Origin: Candidatus Poribacteria bacterium
GTDB taxonomy: Bacteria; Poribacteria; WGA-4E; WGA-3G
DNA length: 64,000 nucleotides
Assembly (NCBI GenBank): GCA_965242965.1
Contig: OZ251518.1
Span: forward strand, 5,024,001-5,088,000
Reading direction: 5' to 3'
Shown: one piece after another, positions 11,258 to 21,483 of the stretch
How positions within the stretch are numbered: the stretch's first letter is position 1
Layout: the number at the start of each line of letters is the position of its first letter
The notes under the pieces: generated by a model
What the model was told of the DNA's origin: nothing
Databases searched by the model: none
What the model saw: only the letters and a program-made list of their open reading frames with translations
Made by a program: the position numbers and the translations under genes

Positions 11258-12163
11258 TTATTTCTGAACAACCATGCTGATATAGGGGCTCAGATACGGA
11301 AACGCTGTTGCGACGATGTTGCCTTTGAATCCAAAGCCGACGCACTTTTTGACGATTTGGAGTTCATGCATTCGGAAAAATCGCGCCAGATCGATTGGTG
11401 ATGCATAATAGGCACTGTCGGAGTCGCCGCCGATGGCATCCGCCTGCAAGTCCGGCGCGCGGTATAAGAATTGCGGTGCCCGGCGTGCGAACCGCTTCGT
11501 CGCCCAGAGCCGACAATTCTTCATGAACTGTTCCCATGCTTGCCGCTTTGTCTCACCCCAAACCGGTCTGCCGGGTTTGCCTATGATGAGCCCGAGCCAG
11601 TCCAAAAACGGGGTAATCGGTGAGCAGAGGTTGGGCCCGGAAAGCACGATCTTGCCGCCTCTTCGCACAACCCGAGTCATCTCGGCGAGCGCGGTTTCAA
11701 CGTCGGGCAAATGCTCAATCAGTTCGTTTGAGCAGATAACGTCAAAGGATTGCGTTTCAAACGGCAGCTCCAACACATCGCAGACCTGATAGCGCAGTTG
11801 TCGATTTTCCCACGCCCGTGCTTCTTGTAGGAAGAGGGGCGAAATGTCCGTGCCGACAACGTCGTGTCCTGCTTGATTGATGAGCCGCGCGGAGATGCCG
11901 TTTCCGCAACCCAGGTCGAGGATTTTGGAACCGGGTGGTGCGTAACGGGTTACGAGTTCTACGTAGTGTCGGAGGTATGCCTCATCGTGTGCGGCGAGGA
12001 GGCCCTTATATGCCTCCGACGTTTGGTAGAATTCGCGCATCTGCTGCCGGAGGGGTTTCCCTGCAGGCACAAAGGAAGTCAACTCCGATTTATGATAACA
12101 CATCATGCGATGTCCTGTCAAATTAGGCGCGAAGCGTGTTCCACGGTGCCTCGTCAAAGACAT
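11258..12163 (-). CDS. Class I SAM-dependent methyltransferase (start uncertain, probably ~12106 or later)
   Basis: ILDLGCGNG, GTDIS, LPFETQSFDVI..NELIEH. Confidence 0.85.
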   Translation of the reverse strand: MSLTRHRGTRFAPNLTGHRMMCYHKSELTSFVPAGKPLRQQMREFYQTSEAYKGLLAAHDEAYLRHYVELVTRYAPPGSKILDLGCGNGISARLINQAGHDVVGTDISPLFLQEARAWENRQLRYQVCDVLELPFETQSFDVICSNELIEHLPDVETALAEMTRVVRRGGKIVLSGPNLCSPITPFLDWLGLIIGKPGRPVWGETKRQAWEQFMKNCRLWATKRFARRAPQFLYRAPDLQADAIGGDSDSAYYASPIDLARFFRMHELQIVKKCVGFGFKGNIVATAFPYLSPYISMVVQK

Positions 12164-12524
12164 CTATCAGCTGATACCCTTCTTCGCCTTTGCAGGGACT
12201 GAGGGTGACGAATAACTTCGCAGGCTGAGACGAGACGTTAAAGGAGGCGTGGACGATGTCTGCAGGAATGAAGACAGCGTCGCCTGCGTTGAGCACCTGC
12301 TTCTTGTCCTCCAGCCACTGTTCAACGCTGCCTTCAATAACGTAGATAACCTCTTCTTGTTCTGGGTGCTTATGGAAATCATGTCCGTTCCCGGGCAGGA
12401 GGCTGACTTCCATTGCGACGATGTCTTTCGCGCCGGTGGTTTGTGGGCGGCTGAGCCAGCCTGTCGTGCCCCAATCGAGTTCATCGCGTTCCACTGCCGC
12501 TGCGGTGATAAATTTTCCGTTCAT
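12123..12524 (-). CDS. Cupin domain protein
   Basis: HDFHKHPEQEEVIYVIEG...GDAVFIP...H cupin motifs; AAGGAG RBS. Confidence 0.9.
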   Translation of the reverse strand: MNGKFITAAAVERDELDWGTTGWLSRPQTTGAKDIVAMEVSLLPGNGHDFHKHPEQEEVIYVIEGSVEQWLEDKKQVLNAGDAVFIPADIVHASFNVSSQPAKLFVTLSPCKGEEGYQLIDVFDEAPWNTLRA

Positions 12525-12825
12525 TGCGTGTCAATTCTCCTTTCGGTGTGTTCTTTTTATCCTCAATGTATCGGGAGGATAGAGACATCCGCCCTGACAA
12601 ATAAGGCACGTGAGAAGACGGTAGGCGTAGTTTGCATCCACACCTACCGAGTTCTTCCACAAGCCGGTTCGCGCGTTCACGCTTGTTTTTCCGACGAGAA
12701 CGCTAGCGGATGAATGAAAAAACTATTTTCGTTGCTTAAGAAACTTTAGCAACATTGGTAATAATATACCCTAAATGCGAAAAAAAAGCAAGTCTATTTT
12801 TTTCTTCGTCAAATGCATTCAGTTA

Positions 12826-12854
12826 TTGACAACTTTAATCACTTGTGCTACACT
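12826..12854 (+). promoter_or_regulatory. sigma70-like promoter
   Basis: TTGACA-17bp-TACACT upstream of the membrane protein gene. Confidence 0.6.
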
Positions 12855-12897
12855 TTACCTAAATCAACCGGACACAGAAGCCACACGCAGAAATAAT

Positions 12898-14883
12898 ATG
12901 AAATCTCAAAGCACATCGCAAATCCCTGCGCACGGGGTTACCTTCAAATCTGTCAGCATCGCCGCACTGCTGATTCCAATCAACTGCTACTGGGTAATCG
13001 AGATGGAGGTAATCCGCTATTCAGGACATCCCGTGACGATTTCCCTCTTTTTTAACGTTATTTTCAGTTTATTTGTCGTCATCGGCGTGAATGAACTGCT
13101 AAAGCGTTTCGTCCCAACGCGGGCACTCGCGCAAAGCGAACTCGTCATCGTTTATTTGATGCTGTCAATTGCATCCGGGATTACAGGACACGACATGCTA
13201 GAAATTCTAGTGCCGATGCTCGGACACGCCTTCCGCTTTGCAACCCCTGAAAACGAATGGCAGCAACTGTTCACCCCATTCCTTCCGAGTTGGCTCACGG
13301 TGAGCGACAGCCAACTGCTACAAGGCTACTACGAGGGAGAATTGCCGCTCTATACCGCTGAAACGCTGCTCGGATGGGCAAAACCTGTGCTTTGGTGGAC
13401 AGCGTTCATTACTGTCCTGATTTTCGGGATGCTCTGCATCAATATCATCGTCCGGAAACAGTGGATCGAACATGAAAAGTTGAGTTACCCCATCATTCAA
13501 CTGCCGCTGCAAATGGCGCAATCGGGGCGCGCAGACGGTTCGCTGATAGAACCGCAGCAGAACCGCTTTTTTCGGAACAAGTTGATGTGGCTCGGCTTCG
13601 GCATTGCAGGCGCGCTCGCCTTGTGGAACGGCGTGAATTTCCTGTATCCGATTTTACCGGAATTACGGACGCGCGTACGCAATTTTCAGGTTTTCACGGA
13701 AAGCCCGTGGAACGCGATGGGAAGCATCCCCTTTTCGCTTTACCCCTTCGCAATAGGACTCGGCTTCTTTATTCCGCTGGATTTGTCGTTCTCGTGCTGG
13801 TTTTTCTTCTGGTACTGGCGGGTGATGCGCGTCGTCGGTGCCGCCATCGGGATGCGGAGCCTGCCGCGGTTTCCGTATATGAACGAACAAGCATCCGGGG
13901 GATACCTCGCTTTGTGTGGGCTGGCAATTTGGGCTAGCCGCCGGCACCTCTTGCATGTCGGGAAAACGGCCATCGGCTTGCATACCGATGACGCACGCGA
14001 TACCTCAGACAGCCCAATAGACAGCCCGATGTCCTATCGCGCAGCGGTGCTCGGCATCATCGGTGTCATGGCGTTTCTCGTCCTTTTCTGCTATTACGGC
14101 GGCGCGGAAATTTGGGTGATGTTCATCTTTTTTGTTATCTATTATATGATTTCCATCGCCATTACGCGCATGCGCGCCGAATTAGGTACCCCCGTGCATG
14201 ATCTTCACTATTCCGGTCCTGACGAAATTTTGACACGGACAGTCGGCACGCGCCGGTTAGGTAGAGACAACCTCGTTATGTTCTCCATGTTCTGGTTTAT
14301 CAATCGCGCTTACCGAAGCCATCCGATGCCGCATCAATTGGAAGGTTTCAAGATTATGGAACGGACTAACATGACGATGCATCGGATTATCTTCGCGCTG
14401 ACGCTCGCCGCTGTGCTCGGTTCGCTCGCAGGATTTTGGGCACTCATTGACAGAGGGTATCGGTTAGGCATGGAGGTACGCGCTTATTGGCCATCCCTCA
14501 GTGCCTTCGGCATAGAACCGTATCGTCGTCTCACAGGATGGCTGCAAGCACCGGAGGAGACGCTGATTGCCGAAAGTGGGTTTATGGGGCTCGGTTTCCT
14601 ACTGACGACAGTCTTGATGCTATTTCGGATGCGGTTTGTGTGGTGGCCCTTTCATCCCGCCGGATTCGCTATTTCAACGAGTTGGGGGATGAACGTGACG
14701 TGGAGCTGCCTCTTCATGAGTTGGCTGATTAAGATGCTTATCCTCCAATACGGCGGCGTGGTGCGGCACCGAAAAATCGCGCCTTTCTTTTTAGGACTGA
14801 TTTTGGGCGAGTTTACCGTCGGTAGCCTCTGGACGATTATCGGCATTCTCGCGGGCATCCCAACCTACGGCTTTTGGGTTTAA
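12898..14883 (+). CDS. Multi-pass membrane protein, DUF6785/OPT-like putative transporter
   Basis: Many hydrophobic segments; RKQWIEHEKLSYPI, RMRAELG, WWPFHPAG, PFFLGLILGEF motifs. Confidence 0.7.
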   Translation: MKSQSTSQIPAHGVTFKSVSIAALLIPINCYWVIEMEVIRYSGHPVTISLFFNVIFSLFVVIGVNELLKRFVPTRALAQSELVIVYLMLSIASGITGHDMLEILVPMLGHAFRFATPENEWQQLFTPFLPSWLTVSDSQLLQGYYEGELPLYTAETLLGWAKPVLWWTAFITVLIFGMLCINIIVRKQWIEHEKLSYPIIQLPLQMAQSGRADGSLIEPQQNRFFRNKLMWLGFGIAGALALWNGVNFLYPILPELRTRVRNFQVFTESPWNAMGSIPFSLYPFAIGLGFFIPLDLSFSCWFFFWYWRVMRVVGAAIGMRSLPRFPYMNEQASGGYLALCGLAIWASRRHLLHVGKTAIGLHTDDARDTSDSPIDSPMSYRAAVLGIIGVMAFLVLFCYYGGAEIWVMFIFFVIYYMISIAITRMRAELGTPVHDLHYSGPDEILTRTVGTRRLGRDNLVMFSMFWFINRAYRSHPMPHQLEGFKIMERTNMTMHRIIFALTLAAVLGSLAGFWALIDRGYRLGMEVRAYWPSLSAFGIEPYRRLTGWLQAPEETLIAESGFMGLGFLLTTVLMLFRMRFVWWPFHPAGFAISTSWGMNVTWSCLFMSWLIKMLILQYGGVVRHRKIAPFFLGLILGEFTVGSLWTIIGILAGIPTYGFWV

Positions 14884-14915
14884 TGGGACAAGCGCGCAGC
14901 GTTTGAACAGCATGA

Positions 14916-17750
14916 CTATTCCCGGTGCGGACGCGGGTTAATCGCCAAATTGAGCGGCAATAAAAACAGGGTGAAACTAAACAACAGCGTCCATTGCCAC
15001 TCCCATTTCAGGGGTGTCAACTCCAGAAATTCATTGACAGGTGCAACGTAGAGTGCTACGGCGTGGAGCCCGATAACAACGAGGAAGATAATGAGCAGCC
15101 GTGTGTTGGCAAACATCCGTTGAAAGAGCGATTCCCATGGATACCGCAGTGCCTGCCAGCATGTCGCCAATTGGGTGAAAATCAGCGTGGTAGCCACCAT
15201 TGTTCGAGCAACCGCTACCACTGCCAAGTCGTTCACGTCTGAACGCCACAACATAAAAAAGAAAGGAATGAGCGACATTAAACTGATAGTCACGCCGCGG
15301 CAAACGATGTCTAACCCCGCGGTTTTCGGTAAAAATCGCGTGGTGGAGAACATCGCCGGACGGTGGTGTTTCTCATCGGCAAATATCTGTTCGCATCCGG
15401 CACCGAGAGTGGGGAGCAGGCTACCGAGAAATTGCACCCATGCGATTTGGGTTAATGTCAGCGGCATCGGGAGTTGATAGACATAGTGCAGAATTGTGCC
15501 AAAAATGACGGTGAGTAGCAGTGCCAGCGTGCACGAGAGTCCCCACCTGATGGAGCCCGCCAAGTTCTGATAAGCCTCCCGTGCATGGAGGAGCGCGTCC
15601 CGTACAGCGCGGAAGCCGCTGTTGAGAATGAGCCCATCGCTCTGTGCTTGTGCTACGTCTGAGGCATCGCGCCGATTCGCAAAAGCGATATCCGCGGATG
15701 TCATCGCGCGCGAATCAATGCCGGTTTGCCCCAGGAAACCGACGGTATGGCCGTGGCGTTTCAAACTGACAACAATCGCGCGGCGTTGCTCCCGGCTCGG
15801 CTGGGCGTATGCCAAAGACTTTTGCACCTGCTCGTCCAATTCTTCTCGCGAAAGTGCGTTCAGGGTCTCGCGGGAAGCAATTGCTTTCGCCGTGTGAATG
15901 AGGCCAAGTGCCTTTCCTAGCACGCCTGTCTGCTGCTCATCACGTTGGGTAATGAGGATAATTTTCAGCCCGGTGTCAAGGCTGGATTTCACAACAGTTC
16001 TTGTCTCCTCGTCATCGCTGACAGAAAAAGCAACGAAGCCTAAAAATGTTGAACCCTCCGCCATATCCTGTGGTGTGAGCATCATGTCCGAAGACTGGGA
16101 TGCGACACCGTAGACATTGCCTAGCGTGCCTTGCGAAGACATGCTCCTAAGGTAATCAAGCACCTCACCGTATTGATGATACCGTTCGTCCTGCAGGTAG
16201 ATTACCTCCCCTTGGATGGGTGTGAAGTCACACGCATCCAGCACCTTCCGTGCATTCCCAAAGATGATATTGAGATAGTTTTCATCGCCCGACTCAAAAA
16301 CGCCCATCTGATACCCGAAGTTGGGTGTCAATGGATATTCCTTGACGAGGGGGAGATTCGCTTTGAGTGCGTCTGGTTCATAACCGAGTTGTCGGAGCTG
16401 CTTTTGGAGAACCCGCCGCGGTGACGCGTCTTCATCGCCTCTTTTACCGAGTTGATGCCGTTCGCCGGAAGTGCCGAGTGCCGATGTCAATACTAACCAC
16501 GGCGCACTCGGCGGCACCTGATTTTTTTTCATCGGCGCGGACAGAATTGCGTCAACCGCTTGTCGCTTCTCCTCGGGCGATAGATTCTGGATAGAGCGCA
16601 GCCACGCATGCCACGTCGTTCCCTCAACGAGTTGTTCATCAACGAACATATAGGAGAGCGCGAGGGCGCGTGTCGTTGTGAGCCCCTCCTCACTCGCGCA
16701 AAAGGTGGTGATGCGACTCAGTTTTTCAAGAAAACGCGGATTCCGCAGGGCCACCCCTTTTTTCAGCAATTTCCTAGCATGCTGCGAGAAATTCAACCGC
16801 AACAGGGAGACAGCATCGTGCGGCGCGGCGGCGAGGAGGAAGAGAACACCGAGAGCGCTGAGTGAAAACCAGTCTGTGCCCTGGGCTTGAGAGTTAGCCC
16901 ACCACGCAATGGCGACAGCTATCGCCGCAACACATACCCCCGCTATCTTGATGAGGTTGTGCAGGAATTTCAATTCCCCCTCCGCATACGTTGTCACATC
17001 GGGAGTCTGCTGCGCGTTTGGACGCTGCTTCCAAAATTCAGTCTGTTTGCCTATCTGCACTACAATCGCCTGTCCGCGCCCAGACTCTACGTAGGTGCCA
17101 GCGAACACCATGTTTTTCTGTTTTTGGGGAGGGATAGGAGTTGCGGTATCGCCTTCACCGTCTGTCGGCTTATCCGAAAGCGTATCGCTCGTCTTTTTCA
17201 CGGGGCCTTCTGTCCCGAATAGCGCGGATTCGTCTACCACAAGCCTATACGCCTCAACGATTCTGGCATCCGCCGGGATGTAGTCGCCTTTCTTCACAGA
17301 GATTAAATCACCCGGCGCGATGTCCTCCGGCGTGCATTTGCCGAGTTTACCGCCTCGGATAACCTGAACGCTGAACGCCAGATGCTCATGAACCTGCGCT
17401 TCGCGACGACGGATACGGTACTCGGTGAAGCACGCCCATCCAATATGCAAGAAGAGCATCGCACCGATAACACCCACCGCGGTAGCAGTGGGCGGCGTGC
17501 CGGATACCGGTGAAAATTCGGGACTGATGAAGGGGACAATTAGGACGACTGTCGCTACTGCCAACACGCACACTCGCCAATTCAGCATGGATTTCAAAAA
17601 GGCGGCGAACTGTCTTGTTTTTTGCGGCGCGCCAATTTCATTTTTGCCGTACTGCGCGCGCGCCTTCCGCAAGGCATCGGCACTCAATCCGTGTTCCAAG
17701 TCACTGTTAAATTGATTCAATATTGATGGAATACCGTGGGTATAGAACAT
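14916..17750 (-). CDS. P-type ATPase (type IIA-like), catalytically degenerate
   Basis: HGLS..A...YGKNEI, GDYIPADARI, VDES, NMVFAGTYVESGRG give the fold, but DKTGT, TGES and GDGxND are absent. Start set at MFYTHG. Confidence 0.85.
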   Translation of the reverse strand: MFYTHGIPSILNQFNSDLEHGLSADALRKARAQYGKNEIGAPQKTRQFAAFLKSMLNWRVCVLAVATVVLIVPFISPEFSPVSGTPPTATAVGVIGAMLFLHIGWACFTEYRIRRREAQVHEHLAFSVQVIRGGKLGKCTPEDIAPGDLISVKKGDYIPADARIVEAYRLVVDESALFGTEGPVKKTSDTLSDKPTDGEGDTATPIPPQKQKNMVFAGTYVESGRGQAIVVQIGKQTEFWKQRPNAQQTPDVTTYAEGELKFLHNLIKIAGVCVAAIAVAIAWWANSQAQGTDWFSLSALGVLFLLAAAPHDAVSLLRLNFSQHARKLLKKGVALRNPRFLEKLSRITTFCASEEGLTTTRALALSYMFVDEQLVEGTTWHAWLRSIQNLSPEEKRQAVDAILSAPMKKNQVPPSAPWLVLTSALGTSGERHQLGKRGDEDASPRRVLQKQLRQLGYEPDALKANLPLVKEYPLTPNFGYQMGVFESGDENYLNIIFGNARKVLDACDFTPIQGEVIYLQDERYHQYGEVLDYLRSMSSQGTLGNVYGVASQSSDMMLTPQDMAEGSTFLGFVAFSVSDDEETRTVVKSSLDTGLKIILITQRDEQQTGVLGKALGLIHTAKAIASRETLNALSREELDEQVQKSLAYAQPSREQRRAIVVSLKRHGHTVGFLGQTGIDSRAMTSADIAFANRRDASDVAQAQSDGLILNSGFRAVRDALLHAREAYQNLAGSIRWGLSCTLALLLTVIFGTILHYVYQLPMPLTLTQIAWVQFLGSLLPTLGAGCEQIFADEKHHRPAMFSTTRFLPKTAGLDIVCRGVTISLMSLIPFFFMLWRSDVNDLAVVAVARTMVATTLIFTQLATCWQALRYPWESLFQRMFANTRLLIIFLVVIGLHAVALYVAPVNEFLELTPLKWEWQWTLLFSFTLFLLPLNLAINPRPHRE

Positions 17751-17815
17751 TTTCGTAGTTCGCAGATTGACAGCGTTTCCTGTCCTTGTTGCATGCCGCG
17801 TTCTTGATACAATTA

Positions 17816-18757
17816 TCACTCGGAAGAGATGATTTGGGCACCCTGAACATCGGGAGCCAGAATCTTCATCTCACACTGAATTTGAGAGGCGTGGAAAGCG
17901 GCTTGCATCGCTGCCGCAATCTGCCGCGCGAGGTGTCGGTAACAATACGCAGCCAGCGTCGGGCCCGCGCCACTCAGGGCGACGCTGAAAGCACCGGCGT
18001 TCACCGCCGCCGCCGCCACATCATCGAACCCCGGAATGAGCGCGGCGCGGTAGGGCTGATGCAACCTGTCCTTCATAGCAATCGACAGCATGCTCAATTT
18101 TCCGGTGGCGATGGCGGCGACTAACAGCGAACTGCGGCTGGTATTGTAAATTGCGTCCGCGAGTTCTACCCGCTGAGGCAGCACGCTGCGCGCCTGTTGC
18201 GTTGAAAGCGTGAAGTCGGGAATGGCTAGCACCACGGAAAGTTCATCTGGACAGGACAACTGAATGGTATGGACATGTCCTTCTTCCTGCGCGCAGACAA
18301 CCAAGCCGCCGAGGTAAGAAGCGGCGACGTTATCGGGATGCCCTTCCAGTTCCGCTGCGAGGTTTAGCAGTTCTGCCTTGGAAAACGGCGCGTCGCAATA
18401 CGCATTCGCTGTCATCAAGCCGCCAAGAATGGCTGTGCCGCTGCCGCCTAACCCGCGAATTGCAGGGATACCGTTGTCTATGGATAATTTCAGACCCGGG
18501 GGGACTTGCCCGCCATTCCGCTTGAAAACCAATTCTGCCGCTTGAAACGCGACGTGCTCGGTGGTGCTCGGCATCTTATCCGCGTCCACCCCAGTAACGA
18601 TGACTTGGGTGCCGGACGTATCCATCACTTCCAGCGTCACCGTGCTGTAGAGTTGCAAGGCGAGCCCAAGCACATCGAAGCCGGGGCCGAGGTTCGTCGT
18701 GCTGGCAGGAATACGTGCCGTTATTTGCAATGCATTCGGATTGGTTTTCTGGTGCAA
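17816..18757 (-). CDS. thrB: Homoserine kinase
   Basis: PASTTNLGPGFDVLG, IP..RGLGGSG, EGHPDNVA, DRLHQPYR, LSGAGPT. Confidence 0.96.
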   Translation of the reverse strand: MHQKTNPNALQITARIPASTTNLGPGFDVLGLALQLYSTVTLEVMDTSGTQVIVTGVDADKMPSTTEHVAFQAAELVFKRNGGQVPPGLKLSIDNGIPAIRGLGGSGTAILGGLMTANAYCDAPFSKAELLNLAAELEGHPDNVAASYLGGLVVCAQEEGHVHTIQLSCPDELSVVLAIPDFTLSTQQARSVLPQRVELADAIYNTSRSSLLVAAIATGKLSMLSIAMKDRLHQPYRAALIPGFDDVAAAAVNAGAFSVALSGAGPTLAAYCYRHLARQIAAAMQAAFHASQIQCEMKILAPDVQGAQIISSE

Positions 18758-18819
18758 TTAAATCTCCTTAAGTAGCACTAGATACACCGTTGTTGCAGGC
18801 GATGTTCATGATAGAACGC

Positions 18820-20028
18820 CTACAATTTGGCAATAGCCTTCTCCATTCGGCCGAGAGCCTCTTGGATGTTCTCCAACGAGTTCGCATAGGAGAGCCGGAG
18901 ATACCCATCGCCATATTTACCAAAGGATGTGCCGGGCAGCAGCGCGACACCCGCTTCGTCCATCAGATAATCGGCGAGGGGCTCGCACGCCATGGGCAGC
19001 TGCGTCACATTCGGGAACACATAGAACGCGCCAAGCGGCTTGATACAACTGATGCCTTCCAACGCGTTCAATCCATTGACGATGCCGTCACGCCGTCTCT
19101 GAAATTCGGCTACCATCTCCGTGACAGAGTCTTGCTGTCCCGTCAGTGCCTCAATGCCAGCGATTTGCGTAAACGTGGCGGTGCAGGAATTTGAGTTAAT
19201 CGTCAACTGCGTAATCTTGTCGGCAATGGCCTGCGGCGCGATGCCGTAACCTAAACGCCATCCTGTCATCGCGTAGGTTTTCGAGTGCCCCTCAATTAGG
19301 ATAGTCCGCTCCTTCATCCCGGGTAGGCTAAGAATACTTTGATGTGTGCCTTCGTAGAGGATGCGTGAGTATACCTCATCGGTAAGCACATAAAAATTGT
19401 GTTTCTGCGCGAGTTCGGCGATGGCCCCGAGGTCTTCCGCCGTGAGCGTGCCCCCGGTGGGATTCTGTGGTGAGTTGAGAATCAGCAGCTTTGTGCGCGA
19501 GGTGATGGCCGCCTCAAGTTCTTCGATGCGGAATCGGAAATCGACTTCTTCGCGCAGCAGCAGCGGCACCGCCTTTCCGCCGATGAAACTAATGACAGAT
19601 TCATAAACCGGGAAGCCGGGTTCGGGATAGATAACCTCGTCGTCTTCGTCAATGAGTGCCAAAATCGTGAAGAAGATGATGGGCTTCGCCCCGGGGGTGA
19701 CGGTGACTTCGTCAGGATGGATAGTCACGCCGCGTGTTTCAGTAATGTGCTGCGCAACTACCTCGCGAAATTCGGGTAAGCCTGCGGAGGGCCCATAGCC
19801 TGTCTGCCCGTCCTTCATGGCCTTGAACGCCGCTTCACAGATATTCATCGGAGTCGGAAAATCCGGTTGCCCGATTTCAAGATGAATGATGTCTCTGCCT
19901 TGTGCTTCTAACCCTTTGGCTTTCGCAAGCACCTCAAATGCAGATTCTGTTCCCAAGCGGTTCATCCGCTCGGCGAATATTTTTGTCTGTCGCAATGCGT
20001 TCGGATTGGTTTTCGAGTGCAATTGCAT
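18820..20028 (-). CDS. PLP-dependent aminotransferase class I/II (aspartate aminotransferase-like)
   Basis: IGQPDF, NSPQNPTG, DEVY, SKTYAMTGWRLGY, GAFY.FPN. Confidence 0.95.
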   Translation of the reverse strand: MQLHSKTNPNALRQTKIFAERMNRLGTESAFEVLAKAKGLEAQGRDIIHLEIGQPDFPTPMNICEAAFKAMKDGQTGYGPSAGLPEFREVVAQHITETRGVTIHPDEVTVTPGAKPIIFFTILALIDEDDEVIYPEPGFPVYESVISFIGGKAVPLLLREEVDFRFRIEELEAAITSRTKLLILNSPQNPTGGTLTAEDLGAIAELAQKHNFYVLTDEVYSRILYEGTHQSILSLPGMKERTILIEGHSKTYAMTGWRLGYGIAPQAIADKITQLTINSNSCTATFTQIAGIEALTGQQDSVTEMVAEFQRRRDGIVNGLNALEGISCIKPLGAFYVFPNVTQLPMACEPLADYLMDEAGVALLPGTSFGKYGDGYLRLSYANSLENIQEALGRMEKAIAKL

Positions 20029-20125
20029 CTCCTTAATTGTCGGCGAGCCTACGCGTGACGATGCTCGCGCCTGTTTCGGCGTGACGGCGCGCGTTCAACG
20101 CGCGCCTACCGAAGGTGAAGTCGCG

Positions 20126-21133
20126 TTAATCTGCCTGTAAGATGGCACCGGTGGAGCTCGCAATCCACACGTTCTGTCCATCTAGCACAAAAACTTTGAC
20201 GAGTTTTTCCCTAGATTCTTCCGCTTCCCAGGTTTTGCCGCCATCAGTGGTGCGCAAAATGGCACCGACACCGAAATCGCCGCCCACGGTCCAACCGTTC
20301 ATCTCATCTGCGAATCCAACGCTTCTGAGCGTTTCTTCGGTGCCGCTCATTTGCACTTCCCACTTCTCGCCGCCGTTGCTGGTGTGGAGGATGGTGCCGT
20401 TCTCGCCGACTGCCCAGCCGAGTGAGGCGTTCAGGAAGAAAATATCCTCAAGGATGTCCTCTCTTCCGGTCTCCTGCGTCACCCAAGTTTCCGCGCCATC
20501 GGTTGTTTTCTGGATGAGGGCACTCTGTCCGTCCGTGCTAGGACTGACGCGCACGCCGGCAACCCAACCGGTGTTTTCGTCAAGAAACTGCAAGGCGTTA
20601 TACATGTTCGCGTCGTCATCCCCGACAGCACCTACCTGTCCACCTTGTAGCACTTTCCATGAGCGGCCACCGTTTTTGGTGGAGAGGATAGTGTCGCTTT
20701 CACCCACAGCATACCCGACCTCTTTGTTGGCGAAATAGATGCCTTTCAGCCCGTTGGCAACCTTGCTAGTCTGGAGTTCCCAGTCTGCGCCGTTTTGGGT
20801 AGCCGCTATTGAGCCTTTCGCGCCGACGGCCCAGCCGCGTTTCTCATCTAAAAAGTAAACTTCGGCGAGGTCCGCGCTAATTTTAATGTCGGACTTCTGC
20901 CACGTTTTACCGCCATCCGTGGTATACCCGACGAAGCCCGGGTTTTCAAAATCTTCAAACGAGGCGGCACCGACTACCCAGCCGGTGAGCGGACTAGTAA
21001 AGGTGATAGACATATAGTCCCGAACTTCCGGGTCGCGTTCTTGTAAGACGCTCCAACCCGCTGCGGCAGGCAAGCAGGCCATTGCCAAGAACAGAAAAGT
21101 TACCGCAAGTAGACATGTCCTGAATTTGTTCAT
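20126..21133 (-). CDS. YCF48-like/BNR-repeat beta-propeller exported protein
   Basis: Signal peptide; repeated F...GWAVG..G.I..T.DGG.TW units. Confidence 0.88.
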   Translation of the reverse strand: MNKFRTCLLAVTFLFLAMACLPAAAGWSVLQERDPEVRDYMSITFTSPLTGWVVGAASFEDFENPGFVGYTTDGGKTWQKSDIKISADLAEVYFLDEKRGWAVGAKGSIAATQNGADWELQTSKVANGLKGIYFANKEVGYAVGESDTILSTKNGGRSWKVLQGGQVGAVGDDDANMYNALQFLDENTGWVAGVRVSPSTDGQSALIQKTTDGAETWVTQETGREDILEDIFFLNASLGWAVGENGTILHTSNGGEKWEVQMSGTEETLRSVGFADEMNGWTVGGDFGVGAILRTTDGGKTWEAEESREKLVKVFVLDGQNVWIASSTGAILQAD

Positions 21134-21272
21134 TGTTAGGGTGTCTCCTATGTTGTTGTTTAAAGTGGTTTCCCACGTCTTGAGCCCGGTAAAGGGCAAT
21201 ATGTTTCTAGTTATGTTGACAAGTATCGCATAAATGCAAAATTAAGTCAACATTTTTCACGATAATTGTATT

Positions 21273-21483
21273 AAAAGCGTAGATATTGACAACGTCAATA
21301 TCGGGTTACGCAGAGAGACGTAATATGAAAGGCGATGCATATCGAACGCCTTGCGAACAACGAAAAAGCGAACAACAAAAATTGAATCAAAAGCGTAGAT
21401 ATTGACAACGTCAATATCGGGTTACGTAGAGAGACGTAACATAAGAGGCGGTGCATATCGAACGCCTTGCGAATAACGAAATT
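21273..21483 (+). repeat. Two tandem ~116-bp copies of family F repeat
   Basis: AAAGCGTAGATATTGACAACGTCAATATCGGGTTACG(C/T)AGAGAGACGTAA...ATCGAACGCCTTGCGAA occurs twice. Confidence 0.9.
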
